Shown one piece after another: positions 38,384 through 49,929 of a stretch of 64,000 nt of DNA. The DNA comes from Macrostomum lignano. Its lineage: Eukaryota. Numbering within the stretch: position 1 is the stretch's first letter; every line of letters starts with the position of its first letter. The notes beneath the pieces were generated by a model. The model had not been told where the DNA came from and ran no database searches. It was given only the letters and a program-made list of their open reading frames with translations. A program made the translations under genes and the position numbers. Where the stretch lies: assembly GCA_002269645.1 (NCBI GenBank), contig NIVC01001057.1, positions 186,001-250,000 on the forward strand, given 5' to 3'.

Positions 38384-39258
38384 CAATCAGAATCATTTTG
38401 AAGTTGCAACTCATTTGTAAACAAATGTCTCAGAAGAAATTTATTTCTAGTGGTAGTTTGTCTTGGATAAAATCTATACTTTTCAAAAATAATGATTTTC
38501 TTATCCCAATCTCGCCGATTTTCAGTGCTTAATCCACACCAATTTCTGTAGCTAAAAGTTGCCAATATTTCCGAACTGATTAAAACAGTAGCGCCAGTAG
38601 GCAGCATAGTGAGTAGCGAATAAAGCAATGAAATAAAATCCAAGAAAGGTTAGCCAACTTAGAAATGGCGGTCACGCACACAGAGAGAATTTGAAATTGT
38701 GTCACTGCGGAAGGGAGAAGACGGAGTTAAAATCATCAGTTCTGCGCAGTCTGAAAGCATTCGCGAGGCTTTGAAGTAATGTCTAAAAATTAAAATCTAT
38801 TAACAACGCTTGAGATCTCTAACTATAGACCGAAGTAGATGAACGCTGCAAGTGGTGTGGAAAGCATTTTAACGGAATGGTTTGTGGGATAGCGAAAATA
38901 TTTTTTTTCTTGAGAGAGAATCGCCTCGAACTGAACAGTTCCTGGGATTTGGCAGATTTTCGGTACCCAATCAGAAATGCTTGATTGACGCTGTCATTTT
39001 AATTTAAAATCCTAATTATTTGAGTCTTCTAATAAATCAAAATTACAAGGATCAACTAGAAGAAGCTTGGCAAGCAAAAAAATTATGGAAAGTAAAGCAG
39101 AAGGAGGCCACAGTCTGAACTTTCGAAAGTTTGGAGAACGCGAGCTGCTTGGAGAAATTCGTGAAATTTGCAAGCTCTGCGTCCTTCCGCTTCAGTCATT
39201 TACGCCAAAAACTGAGGAGAGAAGATGGGAGAGAAGAGAAAAGCTCTTTTTCACAGCG

Positions 39259-42200
39259 CTAGAGAAACTGCGGCGCCTGCTGCTGCTGCTGCTGCTGTGT
39301 CGGCGGCGTCGGCGGTGTCGGCGGCGGCTGCGGCAGCTCCGTGAAGACGAGGCGATGCTCGACGACCCGCCTGACGAAGCCGTCGCTGCCGCGCAGCAGC
39401 GAGTCGAGCCTGGCGGCCTCCGAGTCCGGCAGCGCCACGGAGAAGCGGCGCAGGATGGCGGTGAGCAGCGTGAAGGCCTCCATGCGGGCGAGGGCCTCGC
39501 CGGGGCAGGCCCGCTTGCCCAGGCTGAACGGCAGCAGGTGGCGGGACGGCTGGAAGCGGCCGTAGCGGAGGAAGCGGTCGGGCTGGAAGCGGTCGGGCTC
39601 GGGGAAGTGCAGGGGGTCGTGGTGCACACCGTACAGGTTGGGGATAATGCGGGCGCCCTTGGGGACGCGGTAGCCACCGATGGTGGTGCTGTCCACCGCG
39701 CGCCGGACTACGCCTTCGGGTAGCAGGGAGACGAACCGCTGCACCTGCGGGTGACGGGCGGGTTGGGGGGGGGGCGGTTCGATGCTCGGGACTGCGAGTT
39801 GAGATCTGGGATTTTGGCGTTTGGGATTCGAATCTGAGAACCTGGGAACACAGATATCGAGGAATCGAGTTGAAGAAATTGGGGCTAAAGGAATATGACT
39901 AACCGTCTAGGATTAGGAAGTCTGGGATCACAGACCAGACACTGAGGATCACAGACCAGACACTAGGGATCACAGACCAGACACTAGGGATCACAGACCA
40001 GATACTGGGGATCACAGACCAGACAGAATGGATCAGAGACAAGACACAATGGATCACAGACCAGACACAATGGATCAGAGACAAGACACAGTGGATCAGA
40101 GACAAGACACAATGGATCAGAGACAAGACACAATGGATCACAGACCAGACACAATGGATCACAGACCAGATACTGGGGATCACAGACCAGACACAATGGA
40201 TCACAGACCAGACACTAGGGATCACAGACCAGACACTAGGGATCACAGACCAGATACTGGGGATCACAGACCAGACAGAATGGATCAGAGACCAGACACA
40301 ATGGATCACAGACCAGACACTAGGGATCACAGACCAGACACAATGGATCACAGACCAGACACTAGGGATCACAGACCAGACACAATGGATCACAGACCAG
40401 ACACAATGGATCACAGACCAGACACAATGGATCACAGACCAGACACAATGGATCACAGACCAGACACAATGGATCACAGACCAGACACAATGGATCACAG
40501 ACCAGACACAATGGATCACAGACCAGACACAATGGATCACAGACCAGACACAATGGATCACAGACCAGACACAATGGATCACAGACCAGACACTGGGATC
40601 ACAGACCAGACACTAGGGATCACAGACCAGACAGAATGGATCACAGACCAGACACTGGGATCACAGACCAGACAGAATGGATCAGAGACAAGACACAATG
40701 GATCACAGACCAGACACAATGGATCACAGACCAGACACAATGGATCACAGACCAGACACAATGGATCACAGACCAGACACAATGGATCACAGACCAGACA
40801 CAATGGATCATAGACCAGACACAATGGATCACAGACCAGACACAATGGATCACAGACCAGACACAATGGATCACAGACCAGACACAATGGATCATAGACC
40901 AGACACTAGGGATCACAGACCAGACACAATGGATCACAGACCAGACACAATGGATCACAGACCAGACACAATGGATCACAGACCAGACACAATGGATCAC
41001 AGACCAGACACAATGGATCATAGACCAGACACAATGGATCAGAGACAAGACACAGTGGATCACAGACCAGACACAATGGATCACAGACCAGACACAATGG
41101 ATCACAGACCAGACACAATGGATCAGAGACAAGACACAATGGATCACAGACCAGACACAATGGATCAGAGACAAGACACAGTGGATCAGAGACAAGACAC
41201 AATGGATCAGAGACAAGACACAATGGATCACAGACCAGACACTAGGGATCACAGACCAGATACTGGGATCACAGACCAGACACAATGGATCACAGACCAG
41301 ACACTAGGGATCACAGACCAGACACTAGGGATCACAGACCAGATACTGGGATCACAGACCAGACAGAATGGATCAGAGACCAGACACAATGGATCACAGA
41401 CCAGACACTAGGGATCACAGACCAGACACAATGGATCACAGACCAGACACTAGGGATCACAGACCAGACACAATGGATCACAGACCAGACACAATGGATC
41501 ACAGACCAGACACAATGGATCACAGACCAGACACAATGGATCACAGACCAGACACAATGGATCACAGACCAGACAAAATGGATCACAGACCAGACACAAT
41601 GGATCATAGACCAGACACAATGGATCAGAGACAAGACACAGTGGATCACAGACCAGACACAATGGATCACAGACCAGACACAATGGATCACAGACCAGAC
41701 ACAATGGATCACAGACCAGACACTAGGGATCACAGACCAGACACAATGGATCACAGACCAGACACAATGGATCACAGACCAGACACTTGTGGTCAGGGAT
41801 CAGGGACCAGAGGCTAAGGATCAAAGAGATCAATTCCGAAATTAATTATGAGCATAGATAATGCCCTTCAGTGTCCTGAAAAAGTCTGAGAAGATACCAC
41901 CTGTCAATATACACCCGTGAGGACAATCGCAACAGCCGAAATGTCCCAGCCACGTGCTCCGCAGATTGCAGGCCGCACCGTGCGCAGAATTAATGACAGC
42001 CGCAGGGCACGTGCCCGGAAATGCAAACAGCGGCTTGCAAAATAAGTAAATTTGGACTGGCTGGCTCTGCCCTGCCGAAGCTAAGCGCAAGCTCAGCGCA
42101 AGCACAATGCCAAGGCTGCTGTTTTTCTTTTAAGGCAAACAATGGCGCTTAATTGAGCCTTGAGTTGCCGATGCGCTGGACAAATGCTAAATGGCAACTC

Positions 42201-44348
42201 CGTCTGTGCGTCCAGTGCGAGCTAAAGTGAACTCTTATTTTGTTGTTGAGTCGGACTACTCGGAATGCGGCCTCGCATGAAGGTTGTTTGGACTCAGTGC
42301 GAAATGAGATTCGGGCTAAGCTAGACTTTGCACTGAAAGGAGCTCAGACACTATACGAAGGGAGCTCAGGCACAGTCTGAAGGGAGCTCAGACGCGAAAT
42401 GAAGGGAGCTCAGGCACTGTATGAAGGGAGCTCAGACGCGAAATGAAGGGAGCTCAGGCACTGTATGAAGGGAGCTCAGAAGCGAAATCAAGGGAGCTCA
42501 GGCCCTGTATGAAGGGAGTTCAGACGCGAAATGAAGGGAGTTCAGGCACTGGATGAAGGGAGCTCAGACACTATATCAAAAGAGCTCAGACACTATATGA
42601 AGGGAGCTCAGGCACTGTATGAAGGGAGTTCAGGCACTGTATGAAGGGAGTTCAGGCACTGTATGAAGGGAGTTCAGACGCGAAATGAAGGGAGTTCAGG
42701 CACTGGATGAAGGGAGCTCAGACACTATATCAAAAGAGCTCAGACACTATATGAAGGGAGCTCAGGCACTGTATGAAGGGAGCTCAGGCACTGTATGAAG
42801 CGAGTTTAGGCACTGTATGAATGGAGTTCAGGCACTGTATGAAGGGAGTTCAGACGCGAAATGAAGGGAGTTCAGGCACTGTATGAAGGGAGCTCAGACG
42901 CGAAATGAAGGGAGTTCAGGCACTGGATGAAGGGAGACCAGACACTATATCAAAAGAGCTCAGACACTATATGAAGCGAGTTTAGGCACTGTATGAATGG
43001 AGTTCAGGCACTGTATGTAGGGAGTTCAGACACTGTATGAAGGGAGCTCAGACACTGAGACACGTACCTCTTCCAGGAAGGCCTCAGCATAGGGCAGTTT
43101 ATCCTTATCAGCGTAGGAGGCGTCCCCGCCTGCGGCTTCGAGTTCCTCGCGCAGCCGGCGCTGCGCCTCAGGGTGCAGGGAGGCGAGCAGCAGCGCCCAG
43201 CGCACCAGGTTGGCCACAGCGTCGACTCCTCCAGTCATCAGGTCGAAGATCGTCATGGCCAGGCGGCCGTCGCGCATGGACGGAGCCGCAGGGTCGTCCG
43301 GCGCCGTCTCTGCCGCCGTTGCCGCCCCCGTGGCTTCGTCGACTGCTGCGTCCCCGGCGGCGTCCCGACGGCCGCTGTCGTTCTCGTCGTCGCTGAAGTA
43401 GTTGGTCTTCTCGCGCAGGTAGAACTCGATGTAGTCTGAGTAGTCCCGGCTGCACTGCCGGGCCAGCGCCGCCCCGCCCGCCTGCTGGCTGTGGCGGAGG
43501 CTGCGCCGCCGCTTGTCGATTTGCTCCTGGCACATCCGCAGCGCCTCCATGACCAGCGGCTCCGGCCGGCCCAGGCACAGCAGTCGGCGAACGGCCGGCC
43601 CCAGAGGCCAGGGCAGCTTCCCGAGGCGCCTCATCAGAGTCTGGGCCAGGCTGAGCCGGTTCTCCTGTTCGATGGACTGCATGAGCGGCAGCTTGGAGTA
43701 GAAGCGCTCGTCGTAGGCCACCTGCTCGCAGCCGAAGATCATCCGGCTGATGACGGCGCTGACGCTCTGAGTCACCAGCTCGCCGACGTCCAGCTCGGCC
43801 GAGCGCAGCTGCGGCGCCGGCCCGGCCGGGAGGCGGTCGCGAATCTCCTGGACAATCTGGCGCGACTCCTCGGCCACGTCGGCCTGACAGGCCGGCCGGC
43901 CCCAGCCGAAGTCGTTGAGAGCGCGGACGCTGAACGTCCGGTGGGCGCGCCAGAGTTTGCCTTCGCTGAGGGCCAGGCCGCCGACCTGCTTGCGCCAGGG
44001 CAACTGCGGCCGGCCCAGGAGGCTCTCGTTGAGGAAAACCTCGCGGATCTCATCGTAGCCAGAGACGATCACGGCCAGGTGGTCGGGGAAGCGCACCTGG
44101 ATCACCGGGCCGTAGCGCGCCTTGCCCTCGCGCTCCACCCAGCGCCACAACGGCAGCTCAACGTGGAAGTGGCTGCCAATCAACGGCCAGGCCGGAGGCC
44201 CGGGCGCGTCGCAAGTCACGTGACGCCGGTTGCGACGCCGAACAGCCAGAAGCAGCAGCAGAAGCAGAATCAGGCCAGGCAGAAGCAGACTCTTTGTCAG
44301 CGACGATTGCCCGCCGTTGCCGCCTTTGCTGTTGTCCTCGTGTCCCAT
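39259..44348 (-). CDS. Cytochrome P450 (clan 2-like), 588 aa; exons 43068-44348 and 39259-39744
   Basis: N-terminal anchor plus PPAWPLIG hinge, WxxxR (LWRAHR), ExxR split by a phase-0 intron (EE|VQR), PDRF, heme motif PFSLGKRACPG; GT-AG junction. Confidence 0.92.
39923..41786. repeat. Intronic 21-bp minisatellite ATGGATCACAGACCAGACACA
   Basis: Tandem units in the CYP intron; source of the MDHRPDT/CVWSVIH ORFs. Confidence 0.95.
42346..43057. repeat. Intronic 22-bp minisatellite TGAAGGGAGCTCAGGCACTGTA
   Basis: Tandem units abutting the CYP donor site. Confidence 0.92.
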
Positions 44349-45302
44349 CTGGAGGCCGCTTCGCCTCGGCCCGCGGGAAGATTCGGGTTGCCAAGGGGAT
44401 TTGCGGTTCTCAACAATGGGGCCCGGTGAGGTGGGGGGAAGAAGGGAGAGTTGAGCAACCGGTTCGGCCTGGGAAAGAGCCTCAATTTGTAGCAGCGGCT
44501 CCGCCGGGGGGCGGCTCTACCTGGGAATATGGAAGACGCATCAGAAAAAGTAACTCTGGCTGTTTCCCGTACTCTGTCTTGCGCTGCCTGTCTCTCCTGT
44601 TTTCTCCAGCGCAGGCCGTCTCTGCCTCGGAGACGGCCGGCCACCCGCCCGCATTTCAACTACAGCAGCAGCGCCCACCCCCTCCGGCCCGGCCCAACCC
44701 CGGCCCTCTGCAATTCTCTTTCTGGCTTTGGCGCTGCACTGCGCAGAAGTGAGCTGCAGAGGGAGGGTGGGGTGGAGAGAGAAGGGGGGACTTGTGGCGG
44801 AATGCGCGGGCTGCAGCGAGTGGCAGGGCGGGTGAGAGCTGGATAAAGCGCAGCAGTGCAGAATGAAATACTAACAAATGCAAAGGGAGGCTGCTGCTTT
44901 ATCTGCCTTGGCATTGTTCGCAGTTGTTCGCCACCTCAGGCCCGCAGCGCTTAATCTCCGTTTCTCCCCCTCCTTTCTCTCTCTCTCTCTAAATCAGGGA
45001 AAAGTACATTTAAACTTAGAAGTGCGCAGGAACAGCGCAGGAAGCAGAGGGTGGGTTTGCAGGGGAAGTCGCACTGCTGAGTGCGTACTGACTGAGACTG
45101 GGTGGGTGGGAACTCAGCACTGCTCCACTCTGCTCCACTGTCACACTCAGGTCTTCTAGTTTGGCGGATAAATTTTTTTGGAGGGGGTGGGGATCTAAAG
45201 AAACCCGCACCGCACTCAGGCGGTGACAGGTAGGAACAATTAGACAGCTGCAGGTCCCTGATTGAGGAGACCACATGCGAAACTGGGGTGTTTGAAGCAG
45301 GC

Positions 45303-45432
45303 TCATTCCTGCAAATGAAGCAGCTCATCCCTGCAAATGAAGCAGCTCATTCCTGCAAATGAAGCAGGCTCATTCCTGCAAATGAAGCAGCTCATCCCTG
45401 CAAATGAAGCAGCTCATCCCTGCAAATGAAGC
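45303..45432. repeat. About 21-bp tandem repeat CCTGCAAATGAAGCAGCTCAT
   Basis: About 6 units. Confidence 0.85.
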
Positions 45433-45479
45433 ATCTCATCCCTGAGCAATAATTGGCGATTCCAGTTGGGAAAAAACGA

Positions 45480-46449
45480 ACAGCAGGAGGGGAGTTGGAG
45501 ACGCTCCAAGAGGAGACAAACTGCAGGAGGGGAGTTGGAGACGCTCCAAGAGGAGACAAGCTACAGGAGGGGAGTTGGAGAAGCTCCAAGAGGAGACAAA
45601 CTGCAGGAGGGGAGTTGGAGACGCTCCAAGAGGAGACAAGCTACAGGAGGGGAGTTGGAGAAGCTCCAAGAGGAGACAAACTGCAGGAGGGGAGTTGGAG
45701 AAGCTCCAAGAGGAGACGAACTGCAGGAGGGGAGTTAGAGAAGCTCCAAGAGGAGACAAACTGCAGGAGGGGAGTTGGAGAAGCTCCAAGAGGAGACAAA
45801 CTACAGGAGGGGAGTTGGAGAAGCTCCAAGAGGAGACAAACTGCAGGAGGGGAGTTGGAGAAGCTCCAAGAGGAGACAAACTGCAGGAGGGGAGTTGGAG
45901 AAGCTCCAAGAGGAGACAAGCTACAGGAGGGGAGTTGGAGAAGCTCCAAGAGGAGACAAACTGCAGGAGGGGAGTTGGAGAAGCTCCAAGAGGAGACAAA
46001 CTGCAGGAGGGGAGTTGGAGAAGCTCCAAGAGGAGACAAACTGCAGGAGGGGAGTTGGAGAAGATCCAAGAGGAGACAAACTGCAGGAGGGGAGTTGGAG
46101 AAGCTCCAAGAGGAGACAAACTGCAGGAGGGGAGTTGGAGAAGCTCCAAGAGGAGACAAACTGCAGGAGGGGAGTTGGAGAAGCTCCAAGAGGAGACGAA
46201 CTGCAGGAGGGGAGTTGGAGAAGCTCCAAGAGGAGACGAACTGCAGGAGGGGAGTTGGAGAAGCTCCAAGAGGAGACAAACTGCAGGAGGGGAGTTGGAG
46301 AAGCTCCAAGAGGAGACAAACTGCAGGAGGGGAGTTGGAGAAGCTCCAAGAGGAGACAAACTGCAGGAGGGGAGTTGGAGAAGCTCCAAGAGGAGACAAA
46401 CTGCAGGAGGGGAGTTGGAGAAGCTCCAAGAGGAGACGAACTGCAGGAG
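45480..46449. repeat. 40-bp minisatellite CTGCAGGAGGGGAGTTGGAGAAGCTCCAAGAGGAGACAAA
   Basis: About 24 contiguous units; period 40. Confidence 0.95.
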
Positions 46450-46507
46450 ATGAAGGGCGGCAGACCTGGGGTCAGAGAGTTTGCCCAGCGGTCGGCTTGG
46501 CTTCTCC

Positions 46508-47583
46508 TGTAGAGTGTTCTACCTCCCGTAAGAAGACATAAAAGTGTTAATGTACTACTCACACATTTTATTTAGTAGTAAATTGAAGAGCATGAATAAA
46601 GGTATGCTTTGAACTATAAGTATATTCGGACTAACCAATAGAAAGAGAGAAACCTCGAGCATGCTAATTTTAGAAATCACCCAATCACGTGCGACCAACA
46701 ACTGTCAATTCAAACCCCACCTTCAAGTCATCATTTGGTTTGCACTCGGGTTGCACCCGGATGAACCAATCAAAGTCTACCAGCTACGGTAACCAATCAT
46801 GCGCTTTTACAGTAGACTAGTTGCGCAACTTTCTACCCTGTCATGCTTGACAGCCACCGAATCGTGACCCTTTGACATTTGCGAAGACAGTGATGTACGA
46901 CCTCGAGAGAGGTCTGAACGCCTATAAATACAAGTGGTCCGGAACGGACCCGGAGCCAGAAAATCTCCAAGGGAGAGAAGCTCCGAAGAGGAAGCTCTAG
47001 TGAAGCCTTCCTGAAGAAACTCGCGTCGTGGACGAGTTCTTGCGGTAAGCCTTACTCATTTGCGCCCGTTGGTTGAGACGTCTCGCTCAAGTCTATTGAG
47101 ACTTGAGTTTATTTGAGTCTGCTGAGACTCTTGAGTCTGTTTAGACTCCACTGGTTGCAGTCTCCAGAAGGACTGCCCCTGATAGATCTTAGAAGACTAT
47201 CAGTGGTTTCCGGAGCCATACCTAGAGTGCATAGAGGCACTACTAGAAGGAGTAGGCTTATATTAAACCGCAGTTTGGCGCAGGGATCCCCATTGTTAAT
47301 TTGGAAGCTTCCGATTGGTCCGAACTACAGATACCGGCCGGCAAGAAGTCAAGAGGACAAAGGAGATAACGGACCAGATCAACTGTTACCAGGCGCCTAA
47401 ACTTCCTGAAGGACAGGAAAGTTACTGATCGCGATACTACGGACGAGGATTATTACGAGAGCTCTCATTTAAGGACTCAAAGGTAATTGAATACCTTCAT
47501 TTGATTACTGGGTTGCCTAGCTACAGAGCTAGAAGTGATTGTTCCTTGATTACAGTTGAGGACTGGTAATAAGGAACACATCA
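46508..47583 (+). repeat. 5' LTR (1076 bp)
   Basis: Starts TGTAGAG, ends ACATCA; several CCAAT boxes and TATAAATA at about 46924. Confidence 0.95.
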
Positions 47584-47600
47584 ATTGGTGATCTCGCCCT
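47584..47600 (+). other. Primer-binding-site-like sequence (TGGTGATCTCG...)
   Basis: TGG two nt after the LTR end; cognate tRNA not identified (partly Trp-like). Confidence 0.55.
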
Positions 47601-48279
47601 CTCGGCACTACTCAAACTTTTGAGCAATAGCCTGGCCAAGCTATTGTAAAGTGACGAAAGAGCGACTTCATTAATTTTGCGCGCACGTGTTAGAGGTAAC
47701 ACTTTTCGACACTTTTCGATTTTTGTACGATTTGAAACTCGAGTAAAAGTTTAGATATACAGGCTTGAGTACCTGTCAATTTTGAGTAACGTTTGAGCAC
47801 GCGTGTTAAATTTTTGTTTTTATCGAGCTCGAGCAAGAGTAAACCTTAAACAAAACCGAAAACAACGTCCGGTACACTGAAAACAAACCGAAAAATAATC
47901 AATACACACTAAAACAAAACCGAAATTAAAAACACTTGACGAAAGCTAAAACAAACCGAAATTTGATAAAACGTGACAAGGCACGTCACGAAGACAAGAA
48001 AGGCCTTTGAAAAAAGCAAGAAGCAGCTGCACTTCAAGCACTTTAAAGATACACTTTGCGGGACGCCGCATAAGTGCGAAAATCAGCCAGCGAATAAGAG
48101 GTCAGAAAAAGCAGCCAAAAGCCGAATTCCGTTCAAGGTCAGACATAACAAATTGAGGTGTCAAAAGCGCCGCGAGACAATCAGTTACAACCGAAGTTTA
48201 TTTCGAAAGAAACACCACACTGGAAGATCCATTACAAATCGACCCAGACCTAGAGCTACCGTTCTATCCCATCAACAAC

Positions 48280-49260
48280 ATGGCGCGGCGCAATCCAACG
48301 GTGCACAGAGATATCAAAGAGACAGTTGGCACCTTTTCTATGGAAAAAGACTTTAACACCTTTGTTGATCATTTTGACCTGGTATGTAGGGAATACAACC
48401 TACAAAATCCAGAAAAAGCGCAACTGTTGCCACCACTCCTCCAAGGCACTGCACGAGAGATTTATGGTAAACTAGATGCGGCAACACAGCAAAACTACCC
48501 AGCATTAATCATTCAACTGCGCGCGCATTTCAACCGCTGTGGCACAAACAGATCAGTGCTACTGCACAAGTTGCATAACAGAAGGATGCAGCCAACCGAA
48601 TCCTTCCTGACCTTTGTGGACGACATCCGTCAGATAATTAAGGCACTGCATCAGCCAACACTGCCAGCTGCAGACCAACCACCTCTGGGTGCGGCAGAAT
48701 TAGCCGCTAGAGAGCGACACGATTGATGGATCGCGAACAAAATCTGATTCTGCACGTAATAAACAATGCACAGCCGTCACTCCGAGATAGACTTCTACGC
48801 GAAAACATTGAAACCGAGGAAGACCTTTTACGGTGCGGAATGCAGTGGGAAGCAAGCGCTCCACTAATGACAACCGGCAACACAGAAGTGCAGAAACTGA
48901 CACAGCAACTAAACAAACTGATGCAACATCAAACAGCCGTTATCGCCGAACAAAAAAGACGAAATGAACGAGCCCAAGCCAGATGCTATTACTGTGGACG
49001 AGAAGGACACTACCAAATAATTGTCCTCATCGGTCAACAAGAAATGATATGCCGCGACAGCCATTCAACAGACGGAAGCCGCAAAAACCATGGCAACAGC
49101 ATCAAAATTGGCAGCAGCAAAACACGAAACGCTTCGGAAACAATGGCTACAGACCGCGAAACGCCAGATACATGCCCAAGCAACCAACGCAAGCGATGCA
49201 ACGATATGCAAACGCCATCACGTACACACCGGAAAGCGAACAGCAAGAGCAGCAAGTCTT
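48280..49260 (+). CDS. gag: Gag: Ty3/Gypsy capsid plus CCHC zinc knuckle (frameshifts at about 48722 and 49012)
   Basis: FNTFVDHF...LLQGTAREIY...L.NRRMQPTESF capsid pattern; CYYCGREGHY/(P)NNC knuckle restored by adding one base. Confidence 0.8.
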
Positions 49261-49929
49261 CACGATAGACGACTTAGAAATGGACTTCACTATCAATGAA
49301 ATCGACTGGCTCGATGCGGAGAGCAGCGAAAAGACAAAAAACATCAGCATGGTCGAAATGAAAGAAACTAACATTGACAGCGAAGAAGAAAAGACAGAAG
49401 TGAGCACAGAAAAAACATTGCCAAGCGACATCAGTGAAAGAAAAGAAGAAACAAACAAAGGCAACGACAAAGAACTGGCAACGAAGGATGACAACGAAAG
49501 AAGCAACGACGGAAATACAGAGATGGAAGAAGAACAGCAAGAAGAAAGCAGCGATCACGATTATGAGATGCAGAATGACGCTGATGACAACCAAGCCGCC
49601 GACAAAGAACATGAAGACGGAAGGCACAAAGGAATGGAAGAAAGAAATCTAAGCTCCGACAGCGATCAATGCTACGAGATCCGATATAAACGAAATGGTG
49701 AAGCCTACATTCAAACGGTCGACTACAAGGCCGAAGTGAGGTACCGCAGACAATGGAGTGACACAACTACAACATCGGAAGAAAGCAAGGAAGAAAATGA
49801 TGAAGACGACAAGCAGCGGAACGAATCGGATGCCTTGCGCTCGGAAACGCCAATGGAACAAGAGGAAGAATACGATGCGGACGTAGAAGATAACGAATGG
49901 CAGCCGCAGCCAATGCCAGCAAAGACAAC

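Noticed and set aside
39899-41845. Cys/Trp-rich and MDHRPDT ORFs
   Set aside because: 21-bp repeat inside the CYP intron
45436-46562. Multiple 200-360 aa repetitive ORFs; hairpin repeat resembling CRISPR direct repeats
   Set aside because: 40-bp satellite without spacers
47113-47400. 95-aa ORF in each LTR
   Set aside because: Non-ATG start, no recognisable motif; duplicated only because it lies within the LTR
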